A stretch of 64,000 nucleotides of DNA. It comes from an uncultured bacterium. Lineage in GTDB: Bacteria; Krumholzibacteriota; Krumholzibacteriia; Krumholzibacteriales; Krumholzibacteriaceae. Location: NCBI GenBank assembly GCA_963813815.1, contig CAWFAD010000012.1, positions 185,421-249,420 of the forward strand. The letters are read 5' to 3'. The notes beneath the pieces are model-generated. The model saw nothing but the letters and a program-made list of their open reading frames with translations. It did not search any database and was not told where the DNA came from. Each line of letters starts with the position of its first letter. Position 1 is the first letter of the stretch. Below are positions 39,490 to 51,299 of the stretch, one piece after another. Position numbers and translations under genes: made by a program.

Positions 39490-40548
39490 ATGGAAAAACG
39501 GATCATATCGGACCTGTCCATACACGAGCTCGCGGCGGCGATCGCGGCCATGGGCGAGAAGCGCCATCGCGCGGCCCAGATTCTCAAGTGGCTCTACCAG
39601 AAGGGAGCGGCGAGCTTCGCCGATATGACGAATCTCCCGCGAGAGCTGCGCGACCGCCTCGATGAGCGCTTCGTCATCGCCTCGCCGCGGCTCGTCGAGA
39701 GCATACGCTCGGACGCCGACGGGAGCCAGAAGTTTCTGCTCGAGGCCGCGGGCGGCGCGCTCATCGAGGCGGTCCTCATGGAATCGGAAGAGCACAAGAC
39801 GATCTGCGTCTCGAGCCAGGCCGGCTGCTCCCTCGGCTGCACGTTCTGCCGGACGGGGGACGGGGGGTTCGAACGCGATCTCTCGAGCGGAGAGATCCTC
39901 GGGCAGGTTCTCTTTTTCAAATCGGGCCACCTGCCGCCGCGGCGCCGTTTCAACATCGTCTTCATGGGCATGGGCGAGCCGCTGCTCAATATGCGGCATC
40001 TCGAGACGGCGCTCGAGATTCTGAACGCCGAGGAGGGCTTCGGGCTCGGGGAAAAGCGGATCACGGTGAGCACGATCGGCATTCCGGAGCGCATTCGCGC
40101 GCTCACCGGGGCGAGTGCGCGATTCTCCCTCGCCCTCTCGCTCAACGCGACGACGGACGAGACGAGGAAGCGCCTCATGCCCGCCGCGCGCGATCTCGAC
40201 GACACGCTCTCGGCGGCGCGAGACTTCGCGCGGGCGCGGCGCACCCGCGTCACGCTCGAGTACGTTCTCATCGCGGGGGAAAACGACGCCGACGACGACG
40301 CCCACCGGCTCGCGGCGCTCGCCGCGGGAACGTCGTTCAAGCTGAACCTCATCCCCTTCAACGAGTGGGAGGGATGCGCCTATCGCCGCCCGGACGAGGA
40401 GCGCATCGAACGCTTCATCCGCATCCTCCTCCCCGTGGCTCCGGCCGTCACCGTCCGTCGAAGCCAGGGGAGCGACATACACGCCGCCTGCGGACAGCTG
40501 CGGCTGCGCCGCGGGAGAGCGTCCTCGAATCCGCCCATCAGCGAATGA
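39490..40548 (+). CDS. rlmN: 23S rRNA/tRNA A-C2 methyltransferase RlmN (radical SAM)
   Basis: CVSSQAGCSLGCTFCRTG, NIVFMGMGEPL, NLIPFN, DIHAACGQL. Confidence 0.95.
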   Translation: MEKRIISDLSIHELAAAIAAMGEKRHRAAQILKWLYQKGAASFADMTNLPRELRDRLDERFVIASPRLVESIRSDADGSQKFLLEAAGGALIEAVLMESEEHKTICVSSQAGCSLGCTFCRTGDGGFERDLSSGEILGQVLFFKSGHLPPRRRFNIVFMGMGEPLLNMRHLETALEILNAEEGFGLGEKRITVSTIGIPERIRALTGASARFSLALSLNATTDETRKRLMPAARDLDDTLSAARDFARARRTRVTLEYVLIAGENDADDDAHRLAALAAGTSFKLNLIPFNEWEGCAYRRPDEERIERFIRILLPVAPAVTVRRSQGSDIHAACGQLRLRRGRASSNPPISE

Positions 40549-41620
40549 GCAGTAGTTTCCCCGTCGCGGCGTAACGGCCCGCGCGCGCGCGGCAGAGGTA
40601 CACCCCGCTCGCCACGGGAGCGCCGCGCCGGTCGGTTCCGTCCCAGGGCACCGAGAGATCGTTTCCGGAAACCGCGCCGCTGTGGAGCTCGCGGACGAGG
40701 GAGCCGTCGACCCGGTACACGGCGAGCGAAACGTCCTCGCTCTCGAAGAGAGCGGCGTCGCTCAAAACGACGCGCACGATGGTCGAGGGATTGAAGGGGT
40801 TCGGATAGTTCGACACCGAGCAGCCGAGCGGCTCGGGGGAAACGCTCGCGACGATGCGCTCGGGGGCGACGAGCGACACGAAGAAATCCTCGAGCCCCGG
40901 CACGGCTCCCGGCAGCGGCAGGTCCGGGTTCTCGATGGCGCCCGAGAGACACGCCTCGGTGCCGCCGAAGAGGTACCGAAAATCCTCGGCGAAGATCTCG
41001 ACCGGACGGTTCATGTGCTCGGCGTCCGAGCAGTAGATCGATTCGTCCGTGATGCCGCGGATTTCGAGGTATGCGGACCAGCTCTCGTTCTCCTCTTCCG
41101 GAGCGTGCCGCCGCTGAAAGACATGGGCGAGCTCGTGGGTGGCGATCATGGCGACGGAACCGATCGAGAACTCCACCACCCCGGGAGAGAGAAAGATGTC
41201 GCCGCCGCAGGTGGTGCTCGAGAGGAATCCGCTCCGGGGATAGGGAAGAACGAAGACGCGGGCACCGAGGTCGAGATCGGCGTCCGAAACGCCGATCGAG
41301 GAAAGCGCGCCGAGCACCCATTCGACGTCCATCGGATGAAACGCCCCGTCGCCCTTGTTCGTTATCTGCGGGTCGTCGATGTCGTCGATCAGGATGTACG
41401 CCGTGCTCCCGGGCACCTCGAAAATGAGCCTTCCGAGATCGTCCCTATGAGTCAAGGCGAGAACGTCATCCGGCGAGTAGAGCTCTATCTCGAGCCCGTT
41501 TCGAAGAACAAGGGAATTTTCACCAAGCGCCCCCGCCGGCGCAAGCAGGGTGAATCCCACATAGGCCACGATGAATAGGAGTGCTATTCTATTTATTTTA
41601 AATGAATTAAATATACTCAT
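40538..41620 (-). CDS. Secreted HExxH zinc metallopeptidase-like protein with FlgD/T9SS-type CTD
   Basis: Signal peptide; ATHELAHVF..EIFAEDF; NYPNPFNPST..GVYLCR..KLLLIR; GAGGAG RBS at ATG 41620. Confidence 0.8.
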   Translation of the reverse strand: MSIFNSFKINRIALLFIVAYVGFTLLAPAGALGENSLVLRNGLEIELYSPDDVLALTHRDDLGRLIFEVPGSTAYILIDDIDDPQITNKGDGAFHPMDVEWVLGALSSIGVSDADLDLGARVFVLPYPRSGFLSSTTCGGDIFLSPGVVEFSIGSVAMIATHELAHVFQRRHAPEEENESWSAYLEIRGITDESIYCSDAEHMNRPVEIFAEDFRYLFGGTEACLSGAIENPDLPLPGAVPGLEDFFVSLVAPERIVASVSPEPLGCSVSNYPNPFNPSTIVRVVLSDAALFESEDVSLAVYRVDGSLVRELHSGAVSGNDLSVPWDGTDRRGAPVASGVYLCRARAGRYAATGKLLLIR

Positions 41621-41677
41621 CTCCTCACCGGCCGGCCCCGCCGGGGCGCGGCGCGACGGGTTCCTGCCAAAGGAAGT

Positions 41678-41693
41678 TGCAACGTTGGTTCCC
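41678..41693 (-). promoter_or_regulatory. Candidate sigma54 promoter
   Basis: GGGAAC-CAACG-TTGCA (GG-N10-GC); AT-rich IHF-like tract at ~41770-41805. Confidence 0.4.
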
Positions 41694-41942
41694 GATTGCA
41701 GATAGGGACCATTACCCATGTCGCGATCCGTCGAGCCCCGCACCGGGCGCGAGCCCCGAATAGCGCTGTATCTATTTGATTATTATTGAGTTCGCAAGTT
41801 GATTCCGGGCTTCGCTCGAGGCTCAAACGAGCGCTTTTCACCGAAAATAATCCGGCGGCGGGCCAAGTCGCGGGACGAGCCGTGCTCGAAAAACGGGGTT
41901 TTTGCCCCAACGGAGCGGCCGCCCGGAGCCTCTTTCGAGAAT

Positions 41943-41967
41943 TAATTAATTGTCATTGAATTAATTA
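41943..41967. promoter_or_regulatory. AT-only 9-7-9 palindrome, candidate operator
   Basis: TAATTAATT-gtcattg-AATTAATTA in GC-rich surroundings. Confidence 0.4.
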
Positions 41968-42015
41968 GACACAATGATCCCAGGAGGTGCCCCCGCGGGC
42001 GATTTCCCCCAGTCT

Positions 42016-43524
42016 CTAAAAGTCGGTTCCAGAGGTGAGGTAAAAGGCAGGCTTCCCCGTGCCGTCGCTCGCCAGTTCGAAGCGCATGATGTCGCGCAGG
42101 GGGGAAATCATCTCGATGCCGAAACCGACGGTCGAGTGGAAAACAGACGTGTCGAGATCGAGCACGCTCGAGGTGAGCGTTCCCGTGTCGAGGAACGCGG
42201 TCCAGTTGAAGGCGATGTCGAACTCGCCGATTTTCGGGATGCGAAGAATCTTCGGACCGATGAAGCGCGAGCGGTACTGCACGGTCCCGACGAGCTTCAC
42301 CCGCCCCCGCTCGGTCTCGTCGGCGTAGCCCCGTATATCCCGCACGCCTCCGAGCCTCATGTCGAAAAAGGTCGGCAGCGACCCCTCCCGGATATCGCTC
42401 CTCACCGCGACGATAAAGGATCGTTCCCGCCCGACGGGAAGGTAAAAATAGTTGGTGGTTCCGTACATGATGTAGCTCTCGGCGAGGCCGTGAACCGAAG
42501 AGAATCGCCGTATCCTGAAACGCGCGACCGTCCCATCGAACGGCGAAATGCGGTCGCTTCGGCTGTCGAACTCGAGCTCGCCTCCGGTGGCGATGAAGTT
42601 CTGGCGATAGTACGCCGGGGTGACGGTTCCTTCCTCGTCCGGCAGCGCGCGGCGCGAGATTCTCGCCTCGAAGGAGAGGCTCGGCTTGATCCAGATCTGC
42701 CGCACGAGGCTTCGCGACAGCGGGACGCCGACGCCGACTCCGGCGGACACGGTCTCCCGGATGTACTCCTCGTCGTCGTCGGAGGGCTCCTCGAGCCGGC
42801 GGTATGCCCCCGCGTCGGCCCGGAGCCGGATGCGCCGCCCGGCGAACCACGGATTGCTCCACGAGAATCCGGCCCCCTGCTCCTTCTCCTGCCTGCGGAT
42901 GGCTGAAAAGGACAGATCCTCCGCGTTTCCGCGGAAGTTCTTCAGCTTCCACGTGAAGCCGTAGCTCAACCCCTTTTCAAAATCGTAATTCACGACGGGA
43001 TAGGGAAAGCGCATAAAAAGACCGGGACGATCGGTCACCGAGACGATGAGCCGGCACGAGCCCGGCGCGGTCCGCTCGGCGCTGAGATCCACTCCGGCGA
43101 AGTAACCGAGACCGCGAAGGTATGCGGCGTCCCGTCGAACGAGCTTCTCGTCGAGACAGCTCCCCTGCTTCGTCGCCATCTCGCGCAGGATGGAGGCGGG
43201 CTTCGTGTGCTCGTTGTCCCGGACGACGATCGTATCGATCGTGCAGCCGTAGTAAGGGGCGAGATTCCGGCAGGTCTCCTCGATCGCTCCGTCGCCGTCG
43301 TTCGACGCCGCCCAGCGCGCGGCGCCCGCTCCCACGAGTCGATCGAGAAATCCCCCGCGCGACGCGGCGGCCTCCCCGCCTCCCGGAGCCGGATCGGCGG
43401 CTGCGCGGGAGCCCGCGGCAAGAGCCACGGCGAGGAGCGCGCATGCAAAAAAGAGGGCCTTCGGGAAGGCCCTCTTTGCGCCGGGCGATGCGCGCCCCGC
43501 ACTTGTTGCGAGCGATTCCGTCAC
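42016..43524 (-). CDS. BamA/TamA-family (Omp85) protein with one POTRA domain
   Basis: IVVRDNEHTK..ILRE..LGYF POTRA; LGG..DIRGY motif; C-terminal F. Confidence 0.85.
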   Translation of the reverse strand: MTESLATSAGRASPGAKRAFPKALFFACALLAVALAAGSRAAADPAPGGGEAAASRGGFLDRLVGAGAARWAASNDGDGAIEETCRNLAPYYGCTIDTIVVRDNEHTKPASILREMATKQGSCLDEKLVRRDAAYLRGLGYFAGVDLSAERTAPGSCRLIVSVTDRPGLFMRFPYPVVNYDFEKGLSYGFTWKLKNFRGNAEDLSFSAIRRQEKEQGAGFSWSNPWFAGRRIRLRADAGAYRRLEEPSDDDEEYIRETVSAGVGVGVPLSRSLVRQIWIKPSLSFEARISRRALPDEEGTVTPAYYRQNFIATGGELEFDSRSDRISPFDGTVARFRIRRFSSVHGLAESYIMYGTTNYFYLPVGRERSFIVAVRSDIREGSLPTFFDMRLGGVRDIRGYADETERGRVKLVGTVQYRSRFIGPKILRIPKIGEFDIAFNWTAFLDTGTLTSSVLDLDTSVFHSTVGFGIEMISPLRDIMRFELASDGTGKPAFYLTSGTDF

Positions 43525-43529
43525 GTCCT

Positions 43530-43559
43530 AAGATAATATGCCGGACGTGCCGAAGTCAA
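43530..43559 (-). promoter_or_regulatory. sigma70-type promoter, probably leaderless
   Basis: TTGACT-N18-TATCTT, 5 nt before the GTG at 43524. Confidence 0.45.
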
Positions 43560-43563
43560 AATG

Positions 43564-44808
43564 CTATCTCGACGCCGCCGCATCGGGTTCCTGCGAAACG
43601 GGCGCCTTGCCTTTCGACCCCGCTCGCGAGAGGACGAACGCCCCCGTACCAACGAGGAGCGCCACGAACTGGAGCATCCCGCCCACCGTGCGGATGACGA
43701 CGCGCGCGGGGCCGAGCAGCGGGCTCACCGTCATGAAGCTCGCGATGATGCCGAGAATCGCGAGCAGAAAGAGCCCCGCCACGGCGTGGAGGTAGATCGA
43801 ATCGCCTTCGATGCCGAACCTGCGCGTCACGAACGATCCGAGCGCGAGGGCGCTCACCGAGTATCCGATACCGAGCAGCGCGGCGAAGCTCAGCACGAGC
43901 AGGACGGCGACCGGTATCCCGACGATGGTGATGGCGAGGATGATGCCGAGAATGACGACGAGCACGACGCCGCCGAAAAAGAGCAGGAGCCCCATGCCGG
44001 CGGATTTCGGCAGCGAGCGGCCGGCGAAATCGGCGGCCGCGCGCATGCGCTGCGGTATGAAGAAGAGAAGTATGAGCATGAGGAGAACGCCGATGATGAG
44101 GAAGACGATCTTCGCCACCCCGCCGACGACGCTCTCTCCGAACGCGCTCAGCGGGTAGACGATCCCGCGCCGGTCGCAGCTCCCGCCGATGACGGCGGTC
44201 TCGCCGCGCACGATGGAGCCGTCCTCGCGGTCGACGTTTCCGAAAATCGAGACGACCTCGCCGTTCACGATCGCTTCCGGCCCGAGGCGCACGCTCCCGA
44301 AGATCGCCGCCACGTCCCCCCTCACCTTGCCGTCGATGCGTATATCGGACGCTATCGAAACGACGTTTCCGTTGACGAGCTCGTCCGCGCCGACCGTGAT
44401 GTCGCTGCCGAACTCCACGATGTCGGAGCCCTTGATGTTGTCGTACCGCTTTGAGTCGTGCTCATCCCCGAGAAGCGCCGCGAGGGACTCGGGAAGCCCT
44501 TCCAGCCGCTCGCTGAGCTCGCGATCGAGCTTCTCGGCGTCGACCTGAATCTTCATCGTCCCCTCGCCGTCGACATGGATGCCGTCGTCCGTGATCGTGA
44601 TGGTCACCGGCTCGTCGGGCGCCTTCGGCGGCTTCGCGGGCCGCGGAGGGCGCGTCGTATCGGGCGCCGCGGAGGCGATGATCGTCACGACGTCGCCGGC
44701 GCGGGAGATTTCGACGGCATCCGAGCGGACCCCACCGGCGGCGAATCCCGCGACGACGAGCAACACCTTGATCACGGCAGCATTACAGAAGGCAAACATT
44801 GTTCTCAC
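43564..44808 (-). CDS. Membrane protein with bactofilin-like beta-solenoid repeats and C-terminal TM bundle
   Basis: Repeats VNGNVVSI, VRGDVAAIFG, VNGEVVSIFG; LAITIVGIP TM region; in the ECF operon; start 44808 or 44799. Confidence 0.7.
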   Translation of the reverse strand: MRTMFAFCNAAVIKVLLVVAGFAAGGVRSDAVEISRAGDVVTIIASAAPDTTRPPRPAKPPKAPDEPVTITITDDGIHVDGEGTMKIQVDAEKLDRELSERLEGLPESLAALLGDEHDSKRYDNIKGSDIVEFGSDITVGADELVNGNVVSIASDIRIDGKVRGDVAAIFGSVRLGPEAIVNGEVVSIFGNVDREDGSIVRGETAVIGGSCDRRGIVYPLSAFGESVVGGVAKIVFLIIGVLLMLILLFFIPQRMRAAADFAGRSLPKSAGMGLLLFFGGVVLVVILGIILAITIVGIPVAVLLVLSFAALLGIGYSVSALALGSFVTRRFGIEGDSIYLHAVAGLFLLAILGIIASFMTVSPLLGPARVVIRTVGGMLQFVALLVGTGAFVLSRAGSKGKAPVSQEPDAAASR

Positions 44809-45430
44809 CCTTTCTCCGCGCGGAGCCGAGCATCCGGATCAGCACGACCGCGGCGGCGGCCGCGATCGCGACGAGCGCGATTGTCTGCGCGGGGTGCAAA
44901 CCGGCGCCCGGCCGCTGGAGCGCGCGAAGCAGCGTCTGTCCGACGACTTCGTAGTTGCGCACCGTGCCGGAGGCCTTCCACACGCCCACCGCCTTGTCGA
45001 GCAGTTCATGCGTGAAACGCATTCCTTCCCACAGCCCGCCCGCTCCCCGGCCGGCGGTCCGAACGGCGAAATCGAAGAGCGGCTTGTATACGCCGATCAC
45101 GAGCGCGGCGACGGCGGCAACGACGGCGCCCCTTCGCACCGTGGCCGGAAACGCGTTCCACGAGCGCTCGATGTTCCCGAAAAAGCTCCGCACCGGCCCC
45201 TTCCGGTACGCGGCGACGTCGACGCGCGAAAGCACGCGCCGGTCGAATCCGGGAGAGGGCTCGTAGACGGGCATGTCGCCGAGCGCGGTCGCGACCGCCG
45301 CGTAGCTCGCGTCGATCGCGCGGCATGCGGCGCAGGCCCGGCGGTGCTGCTCGTACGCCGCCCGTGCGACCGCGTCGAGCTCGGCGTCATGGTACCGCTG
45401 AACGAGCAGAGTAAAGAGACGGCATTCCAT
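44783..45430 (-). CDS. Zinc-finger (zf-HC2) anti-sigma factor
   Basis: MEC..YHDAEL..HRRACAAC (HxxxCxxC); TM segments. Confidence 0.85.
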   Translation of the reverse strand: MECRLFTLLVQRYHDAELDAVARAAYEQHRRACAACRAIDASYAAVATALGDMPVYEPSPGFDRRVLSRVDVAAYRKGPVRSFFGNIERSWNAFPATVRRGAVVAAVAALVIGVYKPLFDFAVRTAGRGAGGLWEGMRFTHELLDKAVGVWKASGTVRNYEVVGQTLLRALQRPGAGLHPAQTIALVAIAAAAAVVLIRMLGSARRKGENNVCLL

Positions 45431-45436
45431 CGAATC

Positions 45437-46543
45437 TCACTCCTCCACCGATATCGAGATGTTGCCGCTCGAGGTCTCGATCTCGACGAGCGATTTGCCC
45501 TCTCCCACGATGCCGGAGAGATAGCGTCTGCCGACCTTGTGCACCTCGATCGGAAGACGCACCGAGATGTCACCGACGGTCGTCCGCGCCTTGAGCGCGA
45601 AACCGCCCGGCAGCGCGCTCGCGAACACGAGAACGATGTCTCCGCTCGAGGTCGTCATCTCGAAGCTCGCGGGACCGGCCGGCGACGCCGTGACCTCTAT
45701 GTCCCCGGAGGCCGTGCCCGCCTTGACGCCGCCCCGCACGCCGGTGAAAAGCGCGTTGCCGTTCGTGCCGCTGAACTCCACGGATCCGGCGCCATCGACG
45801 CTCACGTCGCCGGACATGCTCGAGAGAACGATGCCGCCGCCGACGGCGGTGATCGTGATGTCCCCCGAGGCGGACTGCACGGCGGCGTCTTTTTTCACGC
45901 GCACCGCGTCGATGTCGCCGCTCGCCGTCGCGAGCTTCACCGGCCCCTCCACGTCCTCCGCCACGATATCGCCGCTCGAGACCTGGACGTCGAGCGAGGC
46001 GCCGATCCTGCGGGCGTCGATATCGCCGCTCGCGGCCGAAATCTCGACGGCGCCGCTTATCCCCGCGACCTCGACGTCGCCGCTGCTCGCGGTCACGGCG
46101 ATCGCGACCGACGCGGGCGCCGATATGTCGAGATCGACGCTCATGCTCGTGTACTGCTGCATGATGAAGGCCAGCAGGCCGCGGTTGCCCTCTCCCCGCT
46201 CCGGATAAACCGCCTCGATCACGAGGTCGTCGCCGCTTCGCGTCACCGCGACGTCCATCGCCGCGAAGACACGGTCGATCTCGTCGCGGTTGCGTCCCCT
46301 CGCCCGCTTCAGATACTGACAGCGCACCTCGTCGCGGCCCTGCTCACCCACGATCCGGATGTCGCCGCGCGCATTTTTCACGACGATTCGTTTCGCCCCG
46401 TCGAGCGGCGCCCGTTTTTCGAGCGTATCCTCCCGCTCCTCGGCATGGGCCGCGACCGCGATAACCGCGACCGCCGCGAGAACGCCGGCCGCGATTCGCG
46501 CCGTCTCTCTCCATCTCATCCTCATCCGCCGCGTCATACGCAT
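45437..46543 (-). CDS. DUF4097 beta-strand repeat protein
   Basis: Signal peptide; many T/A-S-S-G-D-I/V repeats. Confidence 0.85.
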   Translation of the reverse strand: MRMTRRMRMRWRETARIAAGVLAAVAVIAVAAHAEEREDTLEKRAPLDGAKRIVVKNARGDIRIVGEQGRDEVRCQYLKRARGRNRDEIDRVFAAMDVAVTRSGDDLVIEAVYPERGEGNRGLLAFIMQQYTSMSVDLDISAPASVAIAVTASSGDVEVAGISGAVEISAASGDIDARRIGASLDVQVSSGDIVAEDVEGPVKLATASGDIDAVRVKKDAAVQSASGDITITAVGGGIVLSSMSGDVSVDGAGSVEFSGTNGNALFTGVRGGVKAGTASGDIEVTASPAGPASFEMTTSSGDIVLVFASALPGGFALKARTTVGDISVRLPIEVHKVGRRYLSGIVGEGKSLVEIETSSGNISISVEE

Positions 46544-47136
46544 TCACCACCAATCTCCAGGTCTCCGGGAAGAATGCCCTTCTTCCTGAAATGTTCCACG
46601 ATCATGTTCCGCGCCCGGTGAATCCTCGCCTTGACGGTTCCGAGCGGGATGCCGAGCGTATCGGAAATCTCCTCGTAGGAAAGCTGCTCCTGGTGCCTCA
46701 GCACGACGATGATCCGGTAATGCTCGGGCAACAGGGCGAGCGCTTCCTCCAGTATTGCCATCATCTCTTTCGACTCCGCCTCCCGGTCGGGCCCTGCGGC
46801 CCCTGAAGCGAGCTGGATGACGAGATTGTCGTCCGCGCCCGCCGGCTGATCGAGCGACACGAGCCGTTCCTTCTCGCGCCGCAGGTAGTCGATGCACAGA
46901 TTCGAGGTGATCCGGTTGAGCCATGCAGCGAACGGAAACGCCGGATCGTAGCGATTGAGCGCGGAGAAAACCTTGACGAAGACCTCCTGGGCGATGTCCT
47001 CCGCGGTCGCGCGGTTCCGCACCATCCTGAGGCAGATGCTGAAGACCGTTCCGCGATACTTGACCAGCAGCGCTTCAAAGGCCTTCTCATCTCCTTTCAG
47101 GCAACGCTCGATCAGGATTTTATCTTCGTCGATCAA
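46534..47136 (-). CDS. ECF sigma factor (SigW/RpoE-like)
   Basis: GDEKAFEAL, AEDIAQEVF, WLNRI..NLCIDYLR, SYEEIS..LGIPLGTVKARIHRAR. Confidence 0.93.
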   Translation of the reverse strand: MIDEDKILIERCLKGDEKAFEALLVKYRGTVFSICLRMVRNRATAEDIAQEVFVKVFSALNRYDPAFPFAAWLNRITSNLCIDYLRREKERLVSLDQPAGADDNLVIQLASGAAGPDREAESKEMMAILEEALALLPEHYRIIVVLRHQEQLSYEEISDTLGIPLGTVKARIHRARNMIVEHFRKKGILPGDLEIGGECV

Positions 47137-47152
47137 GCTTCACACCCTCTAG

Positions 47153-47178
47153 TACGGCGGGAGATTCGGAATGTTTCG
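47153..47178 (-). promoter_or_regulatory. ECF (SigW-like) autoregulatory promoter
   Basis: CGAAAC-N16-CGTA, close to the B. subtilis SigW consensus TGAAAC-N16-CGTA, directly upstream of the ECF gene. Confidence 0.6.
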
Positions 47179-47345
47179 CGGTTTCATCACAATAATCGCG
47201 CGACGAGATTGCCCGTATCGCCGCCGACGATAACAGCTTCCCGCGGCCTTGCAAAGACGAATGTTGCCTCCCTCCGGCGCCGGACCGGTCTCCCGCGACG
47301 CCCCCGCGCGGGGACGCCGCGGCGCGCCCGGCGCCCTGATTTCCC

Positions 47346-49117
<1,772 letters not shown>

Positions 49118-49135
49118 TATATAGCGACGATTTGA

Positions 49136-49212
<77 letters not shown>

Positions 49213-49216
49213 ACGT

Positions 49217-49245
49217 GAAGCCCCCGGCGCCGAGCCGGGGGCTTC
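49217..49245. terminator. GC-rich hairpin between convergent genes (terminator-like)
   Basis: GAAGCCCCCGGC/GCCGGGGGCTTC stem; weak T tail. Confidence 0.6.
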
Positions 49246-49290
49246 CGCATCTCTCGTCCGGATATTCCGGCCCTTCCGGCCGCCGCGCGC

Positions 49291-51180
49291 TCACCGGATG
49301 ACGACGAGCTTGCGCTGCGCCGCCGCCCTCCCCGAGACCACCCGCGCGAAATACACGCCGCTCGAGAGCTCCGCTCCGCGGTCGTCGCGGCAATCCCACG
49401 TGACGCCATGCCTCCCCGTCGGAAGCCGCCCGTCGAGCAGGCGCCGGACGAGGCGTCCGGCGACGTCATAGATCGTCACCGACACCGCGGCCTCGCCCGC
49501 GGTGGAAGCCGGCACGTCGAACTCGATCGCCGTCAGCGATCCGAACGGGTTCGGCGCGTTCACGACCGGCGACGGAGGCGGCACACCCTGCCCGCCCTCG
49601 TCGACGCCCGTCAGGGCGTCGGAGGCGAGATTCTCGTAGTACTCGCGGGCCGCGGCGAGCTCGGCGAGCGCGCGAACGCGCGCCTCGGGATAGGGCCAGG
49701 AATCCGCCGTATCGGCGATGGCCTCGAGCGCGGCGATCCATTGAACGAAGTAGCTCGCGTCCTCCGCGACGACGACCGGCTCATCCCACACCGTGAGATA
49801 CACCGGGCTCGTGTGCGCGAAGAGCTGCGATCCGATGGTCAGCCAGCCGATATCGGGGCCGGTGACCCTCGCGGCGATCCAGGCGCTCCCCGAAATGCCC
49901 ACGGAAAAGCTCGTATCGATCGATCCGCGCGGAGGATCGATCTGTATCGTCTTCGCCACGTCGCCGTTCATGACGATTTCGACGCTCGCGACCGGATACA
50001 TGCTCCGGACCGAAATCGAGCCCGAGACCGAGGGCGTGGGCGGCGCGAGCTCGGCGGCCTCGCCCGGCTCGAGCCCCTCGACCGAGAACTCGGTGATGAG
50101 CGGGCCATTCGTGACGAAGGTCCTCCCGGCGGCGAGGCTCTCGAGCCACTCCTGAAAATCGAAGTCGGTGCCGGGGAGCCTCGCGTAGACGCGGTACCCG
50201 CCGAGCGGCAGCGATTCGACGTGATTCATGACCGCGTCGGTGCCCGCGCTCGCCGGGATGCGGAACCCGCAGTTGAGCAGCCGGTACCACAGGTCGAGCT
50301 CGATTCCCCCGTGCAGCTCGTTGCTGTAGCTCATCACGTCGAAGGCGTCGAAGCGGCCGCCGATGGCGTCGACGGGAAGCTCGCGGGCGAGGCCGCTGCC
50401 GGGCCACGCGTCGACCTCATCGAAATCGCCGGTCGTCACCGGGTGCGCCCAGACGGCGACGCCGCCGGCGGCGAGGCGGCAGGAATCCACCGCGTCCATC
50501 GCGAGCGGCCACCACGTCGAGCCCACGGGCTCGACGAGGGCGCTCACGTCGAGAAACCCGACGTGCCCCCAGGGGGAACAGCGCCATTCCTCGGACATGG
50601 ACACGACGCAGTCCGACGTGCCGCAGGGCGTCGTCGCTCCGGTGAAAAAGTAGTCGTTGTCGAGACAATTGACCGCGAGGAGTCCCTCGGCCCGCCCCAT
50701 GAAGCACGCATCGGTCGGCGTGAGGGCATAGGATCCCGTCGCATGATTGATGTGAACGTGCGAGTCGCCGGGGAACCATCTCCGTTCGGCCATCGAAACG
50801 CCGCGCGCGAGCGTCAGGGTGAAATTGGTGCCGCTGTCGTACGCGAGCTCGAGAGTGTCGACCCTCTCCCGGTACTCGAACCCGTTCCCGGCGTGCAGAA
50901 TCACGCGGCCGTAGGGAACGTAGAGGCTGAACACGCCCTCCGTGTAAAAATACCCGCCGTTCCCCGTGTGGAACAGGGAAAGGGACGGGTACCGGTTGCT
51001 GTTGTATTGGTCGATGATGCGGCACCGCGCCGCCATGGGCGCGCCGGTCGCCGAATCGACGACGGTGACCGTTATCGTCGGCGGAGCCGCCGAGACGCGC
51101 CCGGCCGGCAACCCGGCCGCCGCCGCGAGCAGCGCGGCCGCGAGAGCGCTCCCGATGATCCGCGGCGCGTTGTTTCTCAT
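49291..51180 (-). CDS. CehA/McbA-family (PHP-like) metallohydrolase with FlgD/T9SS-type CTD
   Basis: GDSHVH, SEE..WGH, WAHP, WYRLLNCG..SAGTD, GRTFVTNGP, AHTSPVY; NAPNPF..GVYFAR..KLVVIR. Confidence 0.85.
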   Translation of the reverse strand: MRNNAPRIIGSALAAALLAAAAGLPAGRVSAAPPTITVTVVDSATGAPMAARCRIIDQYNSNRYPSLSLFHTGNGGYFYTEGVFSLYVPYGRVILHAGNGFEYRERVDTLELAYDSGTNFTLTLARGVSMAERRWFPGDSHVHINHATGSYALTPTDACFMGRAEGLLAVNCLDNDYFFTGATTPCGTSDCVVSMSEEWRCSPWGHVGFLDVSALVEPVGSTWWPLAMDAVDSCRLAAGGVAVWAHPVTTGDFDEVDAWPGSGLARELPVDAIGGRFDAFDVMSYSNELHGGIELDLWYRLLNCGFRIPASAGTDAVMNHVESLPLGGYRVYARLPGTDFDFQEWLESLAAGRTFVTNGPLITEFSVEGLEPGEAAELAPPTPSVSGSISVRSMYPVASVEIVMNGDVAKTIQIDPPRGSIDTSFSVGISGSAWIAARVTGPDIGWLTIGSQLFAHTSPVYLTVWDEPVVVAEDASYFVQWIAALEAIADTADSWPYPEARVRALAELAAAREYYENLASDALTGVDEGGQGVPPPSPVVNAPNPFGSLTAIEFDVPASTAGEAAVSVTIYDVAGRLVRRLLDGRLPTGRHGVTWDCRDDRGAELSSGVYFARVVSGRAAAQRKLVVIR

Positions 51181-51299
51181 ACGATGCTTCCCCTCCGCGG
51201 TGACGTCGAGGCGCCCCGGCGATCGGGGCGCTTCATACAATTATATAACGTACGGAGAACCCCCGCAGCAGCGATTTTCGCGAGAGACACGCGCCGGAA

